Shown here: positions 35,765 through 43,568 of the stretch, one piece after another
How positions within the stretch are numbered: position 1 is the first letter of the stretch
Layout: the number at the start of each line of letters is the position of its first letter
Source: Bacteroidia bacterium
GTDB taxonomy: Bacteria > Bacteroidota > Bacteroidia > SpSt-205
Reading direction: 5' to 3'
Length of the DNA: 64,000 bases
NCBI GenBank assembly: GCA_026003235.1
Contig: BPGW01000001.1
Location: 216,224 to 280,223, forward strand
Program-made: the position numbers and the translations under genes
The notes under the pieces: model-generated
Database searches by the model: none
Told to the model about the DNA's origin: nothing
The model's input: only the letters and a program-made list of their open reading frames with translations

Positions 35765-38700
35765 TTGTATGGCTGCTTGGGGGTGGCGGGGGTAGGCCTG
35801 GGGTGGGGGGTGTGGAGCGCTAAGACGGCTCAGGAGGGGCGCGCCGAGCTAGAGAAGGTTCGCCGGGCAGAGCAAGCGCTGCTCAAGGTGGAGCTGTCGG
35901 TATGGCTTCAGGAGGTGCGCCTTCGTTCGGCGATATGGGCGCGTCTGAGTGGCCAACCGGTGCCGCCTACCCTGCTTCGGCAGCCGGAACTGCGGGCGGC
36001 GCTGCGGGGGGTGGAGACAGCCCTCCGAGAAGCCCAGCTTCAGTCGCCGCTTTTTCGCGAGCTGGTGGAGCGCGCCCTCCTGTATGAGCGGCGCCATGAA
36101 GCCTGGCGAAGGGCCCTTGACCAGAGCCCCCGTCCAGAAGCCTATCAGCCCGTCATAGACCAGTACTTGGCCGATGGCCCAGGACTCCTTTCTGCGGTAG
36201 AAGCGCAGCTTCGTCGGCTGGGCGAGCAGCTGGAGAAGACCTACAGCGAAAAAAGCCAGGCGTACCTTCGTCAGCTTGCGCTTCTGCGGTGGGCAGGGGT
36301 AGGGGGGGTAGGGCTTCTTTTTCTGGTAGGCTTGCTGGGGCTTGTAGGGCTGGGGCGCTCCGAAGAAAAGGCCCTTGCCCAGCTTGTAGAGGCGGCGGGC
36401 AGAGGCGAAAGGCTGCCTCCTTCTGCCAAGCCCTTGACCCCCCTGGTTCAGCAGTACAACTTGCTCTTGGAACGGTGGCATTCGCTTCTGGGGGTGCTTG
36501 AAGCTGTGGCCGAACGCAAACAGGCCCTTCCGTGGGAAGAGCTGCGCCGCACGCTGGGACCTGCGGCCTTGCACCTGGAAAAGATAGCGCAGGAGTCGGC
36601 TCAGCAGGCGGAGGCGCTGGCCCAACAGAAACAGGCCCTGCGCACCTGCTCCCAGGAGCGCCAGAAGCTGCTGGATCAGCTCCAGGCCCTGGAGAAGCAA
36701 TGTAGCCAGCAGCTGGAAGCGCTCCAGCTTGAATTGGGGGCTTTCCAGAACCTTCTGCCGGTAGCGGAGGTGGCCCCGGACGGCAGCTTCAGCGCGCGTA
36801 ATGACCTGTTTCTCCGCCTTCCGAAGGCCTCGGAGTGGACTTCGCTGGCGGACCTTTTCCCTCAGCCGGCCGCCCTGTGGGCTGACCCCAGCGCTAAGCA
36901 GGGGCAGCTTTCGGTAGGCGAGGCGCAGTACCTGTACTTCTTTTTGCCGTACAAGCGGGGTAAAGAGCAGAAAGGGCTCCTTTCGCTGGTGGAGGTGTCG
37001 GATTTGAGCCGGCGACTCCAAGAGGTGGAAGGGGCGTTGGCAGCGATGGAGCGGCGGCTCAGGGAAGTAGAAGAGGGTTATCAGCGCTTGTATCAGCAGT
37101 ACACCGCCCTGCAAGCCGACTACACCCATGAGATAGAGCGGCTTTTGCGGCAGCGACAGAGCTTAGAAACGCTCCTGAAGATGCCGGCCCTCCAGAAGGG
37201 GGAAGTCTTTGAAGGGCTGGCGGCTATCTGTGAGGTGGCCGCTACGCTCACGCCGGAAGCGCGTTACAGCTTCTGGATTTTCGGGCAGGAAGGGGGAGGC
37301 TTGCACTGCCTGGAGGCGTACGACCCGACGCTGCTGGCCCATTCCAATAGCCTGGACCTGCCAGCGGAAGCGGCCGAGTGGGTGCGCCACCGGCTTGAAG
37401 AAGAAGCTTCGCCGGGGCCCTATGCCCCGCAGGAAACGGCGCTTGAAACCTACCTGACCGAGCGCCGCGTGGCCCGGCTGTGGATGTTTCCCGTTTATCT
37501 GGACGAAGAGCTGGCCGGGGTGTTCTTCGTGGAAGGCCTCTCGGAAAACCTCACCCTGGATACGCAGTATCCGGCCCTGCTGGCGCGAGTGGCTTCGCTG
37601 CTTCTGCAAGAGGGGCACCGCAAGCTCGTGGAAGAAGAACTCCTCTCCTACCTTGAACAGGCCCAGGCCCTGGAGGAAGAACTCCGACAAAACATTGAAG
37701 AGCTGGAGGCCTCGGCTGAAGAGATGCGCCGCACCCAGGCCGAACTCCGAGGCCAAATCACCGCCCTCAACGCCGCCGCTTTGGTGGCCGAAATGAACCC
37801 TGAGGGCCGCTTGATCTACGCCAATGAGGCGTTTTTGCGGCTTTTTGGCTACCCCGCTGAGCGTCTGCTGGGCATGCCCTACCGCCAATTGCGGCGAGCC
37901 GAAGAAGAGCCTCTGCTTGAAAAGCTTTTCCAGCGGCTCCAAGCAGGTGAAACCTGGCAAGAAGTCGTTTCCTACAAAACCGCTTACGGAGACGAGGTCT
38001 GGGTCCAGCAAACGATCACCCCGGTACGGCAAGCGGAAGGAGAGATTTATAAGTACATCCTGGTGGCGTTTGATATCACCGTACAGAAGCAGCAGGAAGC
38101 AGAAATCCAGCAGGCTCTGCACCTGGCTCGGCAGCAAGAGCAGCTTTTGCGCGAAAACACCGAAGAGCTTCGCCGCAGCAACGAGAACTACCGCGTCTCG
38201 CAGATGCAACTCTCGGCGCAGCTTGAGGCCCTCAACAATGCAGCATGGCTTTTTGAGACCGATGCCGAGGGAAATATCACCTATGCCACACAAAGTCTAT
38301 TTGAAGCGTTGGGCTACGAGTCTGATAAGCTGATAGGCTCCCATTATGGGGTTCTTTTTTCGGAAAGGCAACCGCTTTCTATTCTCCAAGGTCACTGGCG
38401 TAGCATGCAGATGGGGCAGGTATGGAAGGCCGAAGTGGAGCTGCGGGGCGCTTTAGGACAGAGCTATTGGGCCATCATGTCCAGTACGCCCCTTCTGGAT
38501 CGAGGTCGGCCGGACCGGCGCCCCCTCCTGAAAACGGTCAATGTGCTTTTTGACATCACGGCGCAAAAAGAGCAGGAGTTTCGCCTAAAAGAGCAGCAGA
38601 ACGCCCTTTCTCTTTTGGCGGCGCATCCGGCGCTTCGGGAAGGGGATGTGCCTAAGGCTTTTCAGGTGATAGCCGACATTGCTTTGCAGACGTTCAAAGC

Positions 38701-39949
38701 CCATCGTGTGAGCTTGTGGCTCTATGAGGAGCCGGATCTGGCTAAGTGCATAGCCGTAGCGGAAAAAGAACCCCACTCTCACACCCCTGGCACCGTCGTC
38801 AACCGTTCGCTGTATCCGCTCTACTTTCAGAGTCTGGAACGGGAGCAAGTGATAGCGGTGGTGGATGCGTTGGCGGATCTGCGCACGCGTGAGCTGGCGC
38901 TGCCCCTCTTCAAGCCTAACCATGTCGCCAGCGTCCTGGATGGGATCATTCGGGTGGGGGCGAAAACGGTAGGCCTCATCAGCGTAGAGCAACGATACGC
39001 CAAGCGGGAGTGGACGCTGGACGAAGTGAATTTCCTACGGGCGCTCACCGCTTCGGCCGCCTCTGTGATTGAGGAAGAGCAGCAGGCTTATGCCCGCCGC
39101 CTCCAGGAAGCTTATGCCCAGCTTGAGACGCAAAAGCGCGAGCTGGAAGAGGCCATGCGCGACATTCGGGAGAGCATCCGCTACGCCAAACGCATGCAGA
39201 AAAACATCTTGCCCTCGGATGCCCTTCTGGAACGCTACTTGGGCAAGGAAAACTACTTCATCATCTGGCGACCGCGCGACCGCAACGGCGTAGGTGGTGA
39301 CTTTTACTGGTTTAGCGCGATGGAGGATTCGTACTTCATTGTCGTGGCGGATGGAACGGGGCATGGTGTGCCAGGGGCCTTCATCACCCTCATCGGAAGC
39401 ATCCTTCTGGACCAGCTCATCAACAAAAACCACCTTCTGGAGCCGGCTCAGATCCTTCACGACCTGCACATAGGGGTTCGGCAGGTGCTGCGCCAGGATG
39501 TAGAAGGGGAGGAGACCCTCTCGCGGGATGGGATGGATATTGCGCTGGTGCGCTACTTCCCACAAAGCTACAAGCTCGTGTATGCTGGAGCTAATCTACC
39601 GCTGTACTACACCCAGGGCACGGAGCTCAAGGAAATCAAGCCCGATAAAAAGGCCATTGGAGGCGAGCAGCTGGAGGAAGAGCGCTTTTTCACGCAGCAC
39701 GAAGTGACGCTTGAACCGGGCGACACCTTCTTTCTTTTCACCGATGGCGTAGTGGACCAAGACGGCGGTCCAGAGGGCAAACGATTCGGCACCAAGCGGC
39801 TCAAAGAGTTTATCTTAGAGACGCTGCACGAGCCCTCTATGCCCCGTCGTCGTGCCCTCTTCAACATCCGGTGGAAGGAATGGAAAGACTACCAGCAAGA
39901 GCGCGAGCAAGTGGACGATGTGACCATGTGGGGGGTTCGGCTATGGTGA
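35765..39949 (+). CDS. membrane-anchored multidomain sensor: coiled coils, GAF, 2x PAS, GAF, C-terminal PP2C/SpoIIE serine phosphatase
   Basis: 1394 aa. TM segments near aa 1-20 and 175-200. PAS-like blocks (LIYANEAFLRLFGY..., ITYATQSLFEALGY...). Phosphatase motifs GGDFYWF, VVADGTGHGVPGA, DGMDIALV, FTDGVVDQ, DDVTMWGV. The start is a TTG and may be wrong (see findings). Confidence 0.8.
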   Translation: MYGCLGVAGVGLGWGVWSAKTAQEGRAELEKVRRAEQALLKVELSVWLQEVRLRSAIWARLSGQPVPPTLLRQPELRAALRGVETALREAQLQSPLFRELVERALLYERRHEAWRRALDQSPRPEAYQPVIDQYLADGPGLLSAVEAQLRRLGEQLEKTYSEKSQAYLRQLALLRWAGVGGVGLLFLVGLLGLVGLGRSEEKALAQLVEAAGRGERLPPSAKPLTPLVQQYNLLLERWHSLLGVLEAVAERKQALPWEELRRTLGPAALHLEKIAQESAQQAEALAQQKQALRTCSQERQKLLDQLQALEKQCSQQLEALQLELGAFQNLLPVAEVAPDGSFSARNDLFLRLPKASEWTSLADLFPQPAALWADPSAKQGQLSVGEAQYLYFFLPYKRGKEQKGLLSLVEVSDLSRRLQEVEGALAAMERRLREVEEGYQRLYQQYTALQADYTHEIERLLRQRQSLETLLKMPALQKGEVFEGLAAICEVAATLTPEARYSFWIFGQEGGGLHCLEAYDPTLLAHSNSLDLPAEAAEWVRHRLEEEASPGPYAPQETALETYLTERRVARLWMFPVYLDEELAGVFFVEGLSENLTLDTQYPALLARVASLLLQEGHRKLVEEELLSYLEQAQALEEELRQNIEELEASAEEMRRTQAELRGQITALNAAALVAEMNPEGRLIYANEAFLRLFGYPAERLLGMPYRQLRRAEEEPLLEKLFQRLQAGETWQEVVSYKTAYGDEVWVQQTITPVRQAEGEIYKYILVAFDITVQKQQEAEIQQALHLARQQEQLLRENTEELRRSNENYRVSQMQLSAQLEALNNAAWLFETDAEGNITYATQSLFEALGYESDKLIGSHYGVLFSERQPLSILQGHWRSMQMGQVWKAEVELRGALGQSYWAIMSSTPLLDRGRPDRRPLLKTVNVLFDITAQKEQEFRLKEQQNALSLLAAHPALREGDVPKAFQVIADIALQTFKAHRVSLWLYEEPDLAKCIAVAEKEPHSHTPGTVVNRSLYPLYFQSLEREQVIAVVDALADLRTRELALPLFKPNHVASVLDGIIRVGAKTVGLISVEQRYAKREWTLDEVNFLRALTASAASVIEEEQQAYARRLQEAYAQLETQKRELEEAMRDIRESIRYAKRMQKNILPSDALLERYLGKENYFIIWRPRDRNGVGGDFYWFSAMEDSYFIVVADGTGHGVPGAFITLIGSILLDQLINKNHLLEPAQILHDLHIGVRQVLRQDVEGEETLSRDGMDIALVRYFPQSYKLVYAGANLPLYYTQGTELKEIKPDKKAIGGEQLEEERFFTQHEVTLEPGDTFFLFTDGVVDQDGGPEGKRFGTKRLKEFILETLHEPSMPRRRALFNIRWKEWKDYQQEREQVDDVTMWGVRLW

Positions 39950-40452
39950 TGGGCCTGGACTTGGGTTCGCAGGAAGCGGGCCTGGCGGTGGTGGAGCCAG
40001 GAGAAGGGTGTTTTGTGCTGCGGGCTTGTCTGAGCTTCCGGCCTGGGCGGGCTTCCATGCCCGAAAGGCTGGAGAAGCTTTACCATTGGCTTAGCGTACA
40101 GCTTCAGGACTGGCCTGCTGCGCTTGTAGCCATGGAAGACCCCTTTGTAGGTCGCAACCCTCGCAGTGCGTTGGCTCTCGGCGCCCTCAAAGGCCTGGTG
40201 TGGGGTACGCTGCTTGCGATGGGCAGACCGGCTCCCTTGCTCTTGGCCCCTGCCCAAGTCAAAAAAGCTATCACAGGCCGGGCCCATGCCCCCAAAGAGC
40301 AGGTGGCAGCCATGCTTAGACACTATTTTGGGCAGGAGGTTTCCTTGCCGGACAATCACCACGCCACGGATGCTGTGGCGATTGCCTTGGCGGCCGCTTT
40401 CCTTCAGAATTCCCCAATCAAGCGCACATTCACTAATCGAGCTGAAAGGTAG
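39943..40452 (+). CDS. ruvC: crossover junction endodeoxyribonuclease RuvC
   Basis: MVMGLDLGSQEAGLAVV, AMEDPFVGRNPRSALALGALKG, VKKAITGRAHAPKEQV, DAVAIAL. The start overlaps the sensor stop. Confidence 0.85.
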   Translation: MVMGLDLGSQEAGLAVVEPGEGCFVLRACLSFRPGRASMPERLEKLYHWLSVQLQDWPAALVAMEDPFVGRNPRSALALGALKGLVWGTLLAMGRPAPLLLAPAQVKKAITGRAHAPKEQVAAMLRHYFGQEVSLPDNHHATDAVAIALAAAFLQNSPIKRTFTNRAER

Positions 40453-42728
40453 TTCGGCACGGCCCAACGCACCCCATACACGTCTGCGATCCATTGGTAC
40501 GACACCACATTGTACCGCTGGAAGAGGTTGAAGACATCCAGGCCCACCCATAGCGAACGCAGGTATGTCCTGTCAATAGGGAAATACCGGCTCAAGCCGA
40601 GGTCCACCCGGTTGTAGAAGGGCATCTGGAAGCGGGTGCGCAAGGGTAAAATCCTTGGGGGGCCAAAGGGCGCTCCGCTGGCAAAGACAAACTGCACATG
40701 CATCTTGTAGAGGGGGTTTGTGGGCAGCTCATCCTGGAAGTAAAACGCGAAACTCACCCGCTGGTCGCTGGGTCGGCGTACGGTCCCTATACCGGGGAGC
40801 TTTTCACGGGTAGAAAGCAGCCCCAGCGAGACCCACGAGTCTACACCAGGGAGAAACTCGCCATTCAGTCGGGTGTCCAACCCGAAAGCGTAACCGGTAG
40901 CCAGGTTGGCGCCATAATAGCGCAGCCGTACGTTTTCCAGCTCATAGGGGATCAGGTCCCACAGGTGCTTGTAGTACGCTTCCACAAAATAGCGGAAGGG
41001 CCGCTTCCACAGCTGGAAGGTGTAGTCTGCGCCCAGCACCACCTGCCAGCTCTGCTGGGCGCGCAAGGTGGGAACAAGAGCGTAGCTAATATCCCGCAGC
41101 TCCCGGTAGAAAGGGGGTTGAGCGTAGTGTCCTATGCCCAGACGATATTGCAGGCGATCGTGGGGTTGGTACAGCACTTGGAGGCGGGGGCTCACAAGGA
41201 ACTGGCGGTTGTTGTGTGCGTAGTGGAAGCGGACCCCGATTTCGGTTCGCCAGGGGCCCCAACGCAGCCCTTGCTGGACAAAGCCCAGCACACGACGATT
41301 CCTCAGGCCCTGGTCATGGAAGTAGCGCTCAGACAAGCTCACATAGTCCGCCGAGTCCAGTGCGCTCCATTCGTACACCCGGTCGGTGAACCGTTCGCTT
41401 TGGAAGCGCAGCCCCCAGCCCAAGCGGTGGCGCAAGCCCTTATCCCAGAACCATTCTCCCCGCTGCTCTGCGTAAAAGGTGTAAAGGTCCAGGTAGTTTC
41501 GGATGCGGCGGATCTGGCTTCCCGCCCCGCGCAGGACCGTGATTTCGTTGTAGAGGCTGTTGCCGAGGCTGGTTTGCACTTCGCCCAGGAGGTAGGCGCC
41601 TTCCACATCCACGATTTCGTCTTCAAGGCTGCCGAAAAAGCTCACGTGATGCGATACCCGTAAGGTGGAGGTGGGCCGCCAGGTCAGCGAAAGGGCTTGT
41701 TGAGCGGTGCGGTAGCGCAGCTCTTCTGCCCCGACAAAGTAAAGCTGTACCCGTAAGGCGGCGTTGATTAGGCCGAAGGTGGCTTCTCCTGTCTGGGGAA
41801 AAAGCCGATACCGGTTGAAGAGGCCGGTGGTCAGGGCCTCCAGGCGCCACACTTCACGGCCAGAGGAGTCTTGCCGGCTCCAAGCGAAGTAGCCCTGGGC
41901 ATCGTAAAACTCGGGCCGGTACTGGCCCCGCACAGGCAGCGAACGGAGCACATACCCAATGCTGAATCGCCGCAGCCCCACCGTGTAATACACGCCTTTG
42001 ACCTTGCCGCTGGTAGCCAGGCTCTGTGTCAAGAGGCCGGTTTCTACGGTGGTCTCCGGTTTGTCTCGGCGTTTGTAGGTCACCTGGAGCACCGAGGATA
42101 GCTTATCGCCATAGCGGGCTTCAAACCCCCCCGTGCTGAAATACACGCTTTCCAGCAAATACGGGTTGGTGAAACCAAGGCCTTCTTGCTGGCCGCTACG
42201 CGCCGAAAAAGGCCGATAAATCTCCACTTCGCCTGCGTATACGAGGTTTTCATCAAAGTTGCCGCCGCGCACGCGATACTGGGAGGAGAGTTCGCTGCTG
42301 GTGAGGGCGCCCATCAGGGCGAGCCGGCTTTCTATGTCGGGCTTGATGCTGGGCATGAAGCGCAGGGCTTCGGTGCGTAGGGGAATAGGCTGCAGAAAAG
42401 GTGCAGAGGGAAGCGCTGTAGGAGGAGGCCGATTGTCTTGAATCAAGATGGAGTCTATTTGCCACTCGCGCAGGGGTAGGGCCACCGTCAGGGGTGTGGT
42501 GGCACCGGGTTGGATCCATACTTCGGTTTCGTAGGGGGCGGCTTCCGGGTGCCGAACAAGGAGCCGATAGCGTCCCGCCGGCAAAGCCATCCGCAGCTGG
42601 CCTGCCGAATCCGTAGAGTATGTCTGACCCTGCTGGGGAAAAGCGACTTGGGCATGGGGAAGGGGCCGATTTTCTGAGGACACCACGCGCAGAGAAAGGG
42701 TGCCGGTTTGGGCCCATCCCCATCCCAT
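40404..42728 (-). CDS. TonB-dependent receptor with N-terminal carboxypeptidase-regulatory-like domain
   Basis: C-terminal VNVRLIGEF, beta-barrel repeats, CarboxypepD_reg-like LSLRVVSSENRPLPHAQVAF. The only in-frame start is ATG 42728 (TGATG overlap with tauE), which leaves no complete signal peptide. The 949-aa track ORF N-terminus is out-of-frame overlap on tauE. Confidence 0.75.
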   Translation of the reverse strand: MGWGWAQTGTLSLRVVSSENRPLPHAQVAFPQQGQTYSTDSAGQLRMALPAGRYRLLVRHPEAAPYETEVWIQPGATTPLTVALPLREWQIDSILIQDNRPPPTALPSAPFLQPIPLRTEALRFMPSIKPDIESRLALMGALTSSELSSQYRVRGGNFDENLVYAGEVEIYRPFSARSGQQEGLGFTNPYLLESVYFSTGGFEARYGDKLSSVLQVTYKRRDKPETTVETGLLTQSLATSGKVKGVYYTVGLRRFSIGYVLRSLPVRGQYRPEFYDAQGYFAWSRQDSSGREVWRLEALTTGLFNRYRLFPQTGEATFGLINAALRVQLYFVGAEELRYRTAQQALSLTWRPTSTLRVSHHVSFFGSLEDEIVDVEGAYLLGEVQTSLGNSLYNEITVLRGAGSQIRRIRNYLDLYTFYAEQRGEWFWDKGLRHRLGWGLRFQSERFTDRVYEWSALDSADYVSLSERYFHDQGLRNRRVLGFVQQGLRWGPWRTEIGVRFHYAHNNRQFLVSPRLQVLYQPHDRLQYRLGIGHYAQPPFYRELRDISYALVPTLRAQQSWQVVLGADYTFQLWKRPFRYFVEAYYKHLWDLIPYELENVRLRYYGANLATGYAFGLDTRLNGEFLPGVDSWVSLGLLSTREKLPGIGTVRRPSDQRVSFAFYFQDELPTNPLYKMHVQFVFASGAPFGPPRILPLRTRFQMPFYNRVDLGLSRYFPIDRTYLRSLWVGLDVFNLFQRYNVVSYQWIADVYGVRWAVPNYLSARLVNVRLIGEF

Positions 42729-43480
42729 CAGCGCAAGAGCTGGTAAAGCCCAATTCCTATGACCACGAAGGCGAAAAAGCGGCTGAGGCTCCGGGTAGGC
42801 ACTCGTTGGGCTAAGCGGGCGGAGAAACTGCCTGAAATCAAAAGTCCTGCGGCAATCCCTAAGCCCAGTAAGTATTCTACCCTTCCTCCTTGTGCATACG
42901 GCCACAGGGCAAAGATGAGCACTGGAAAGGAGAGTGTGACTAGGCTGGTGCCCTGGGCGGTATGCTGGTCCAGCCGGCCTAAAAGGATAAGGAGGGGCAC
43001 AATGACGATACCACCGCCTAAACCGGCGAGTCCACTTAGGGTGCCGGCGGCAGCGCCCGCTATAAGCCCAATCAGCCAGCGGGGTAGTCGGCTTTTTCCT
43101 TGGGCTGAGAGCTTCCGGTAAGAGCGCCAAAGAAGATATACCCCTATCAGGGCGAGAAGCGCTGCGAAGAGGCGAGTAAGGGCTTTTGTGGGGATGCCTT
43201 GGGCTATAGAGCTGCTTAGCAGGCCTGTAGAAACAAGCCCTAAGGCAGTCCAAGCGGCCAGTTTGACATCAGCGCGACCCTGGCGCCAATACTGCCAGGC
43301 GGCGCCTGCCAGCACCGGAAGCGAAAACGCTAACAAACTCGTCCCTTGAGCCGTATGCTGGTCTAACCCTACCCCCAGCGTAAGAAGCGGTACTATCACG
43401 ATCCCTCCGCCCACGCCCGCCAGCCCACTCAAAATGCCGGCTAACCCGCCAATCAGTAGCCCCACCAGAAGCTCTTGCAT
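42728..43480 (-). CDS. TauE/SafE family sulfite/anion exporter
   Basis: About 250 aa polytopic protein with duplicated GLAGVGGGIVIVPLL / GLAGLGGGIVIVPLL motifs. ATG 43480 chosen because the -7 box lies inside the GTG-extended track ORF. Confidence 0.85.
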   Translation of the reverse strand: MQELLVGLLIGGLAGILSGLAGVGGGIVIVPLLTLGVGLDQHTAQGTSLLAFSLPVLAGAAWQYWRQGRADVKLAAWTALGLVSTGLLSSSIAQGIPTKALTRLFAALLALIGVYLLWRSYRKLSAQGKSRLPRWLIGLIAGAAAGTLSGLAGLGGGIVIVPLLILLGRLDQHTAQGTSLVTLSFPVLIFALWPYAQGGRVEYLLGLGIAAGLLISGSFSARLAQRVPTRSLSRFFAFVVIGIGLYQLLR

Positions 43481-43485
43481 GGCCA

Positions 43486-43493
43486 CAAAGGTA
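43486..43493 (-). promoter_or_regulatory. -7 promoter box TACCTTTG upstream of tauE
   Basis: Exact TAnnTTTG on the minus strand, 5 nt upstream of ATG 43480. Confidence 0.45.
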
Positions 43494-43510
43494 TGCACTA
43501 TTGCAACTTC

Positions 43511-43546
43511 GCAAACAAAAACGGGGAGAGGATAGCCTCTCCCCGT
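43511..43546 (-). terminator. rho-independent terminator of the NIDO-like cargo gene
   Basis: Perfect 11-bp stem ACGGGGAGAGG/CCTCTCCCCGT with a 4-nt loop, followed on the minus strand by TTTTTGTTTG. Lies 23 nt past the stop. Confidence 0.8.
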
Positions 43547-43568
43547 CTCTCAAGCAGGCCAAAAGGGA

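Noticed and set aside
35849-38293. Two long ORFs (426 and 376 aa) antisense to the sensor phosphatase gene.
   Set aside because: The sense strand encodes coherent PAS/GAF/coiled-coil sequence. The antisense translations are low-complexity (Q/L/R/P/G-rich) mirror images of a Glu/Leu/Ala-rich coiled coil.
40404-43253. 949-aa ORF suggesting a much larger TonB-dependent receptor.
   Set aside because: The N-terminal 175 aa are an out-of-frame read-through across tauE (Pro/Arg/Ser-rich, no motifs). tauE on the same strand is clearly the real gene there.
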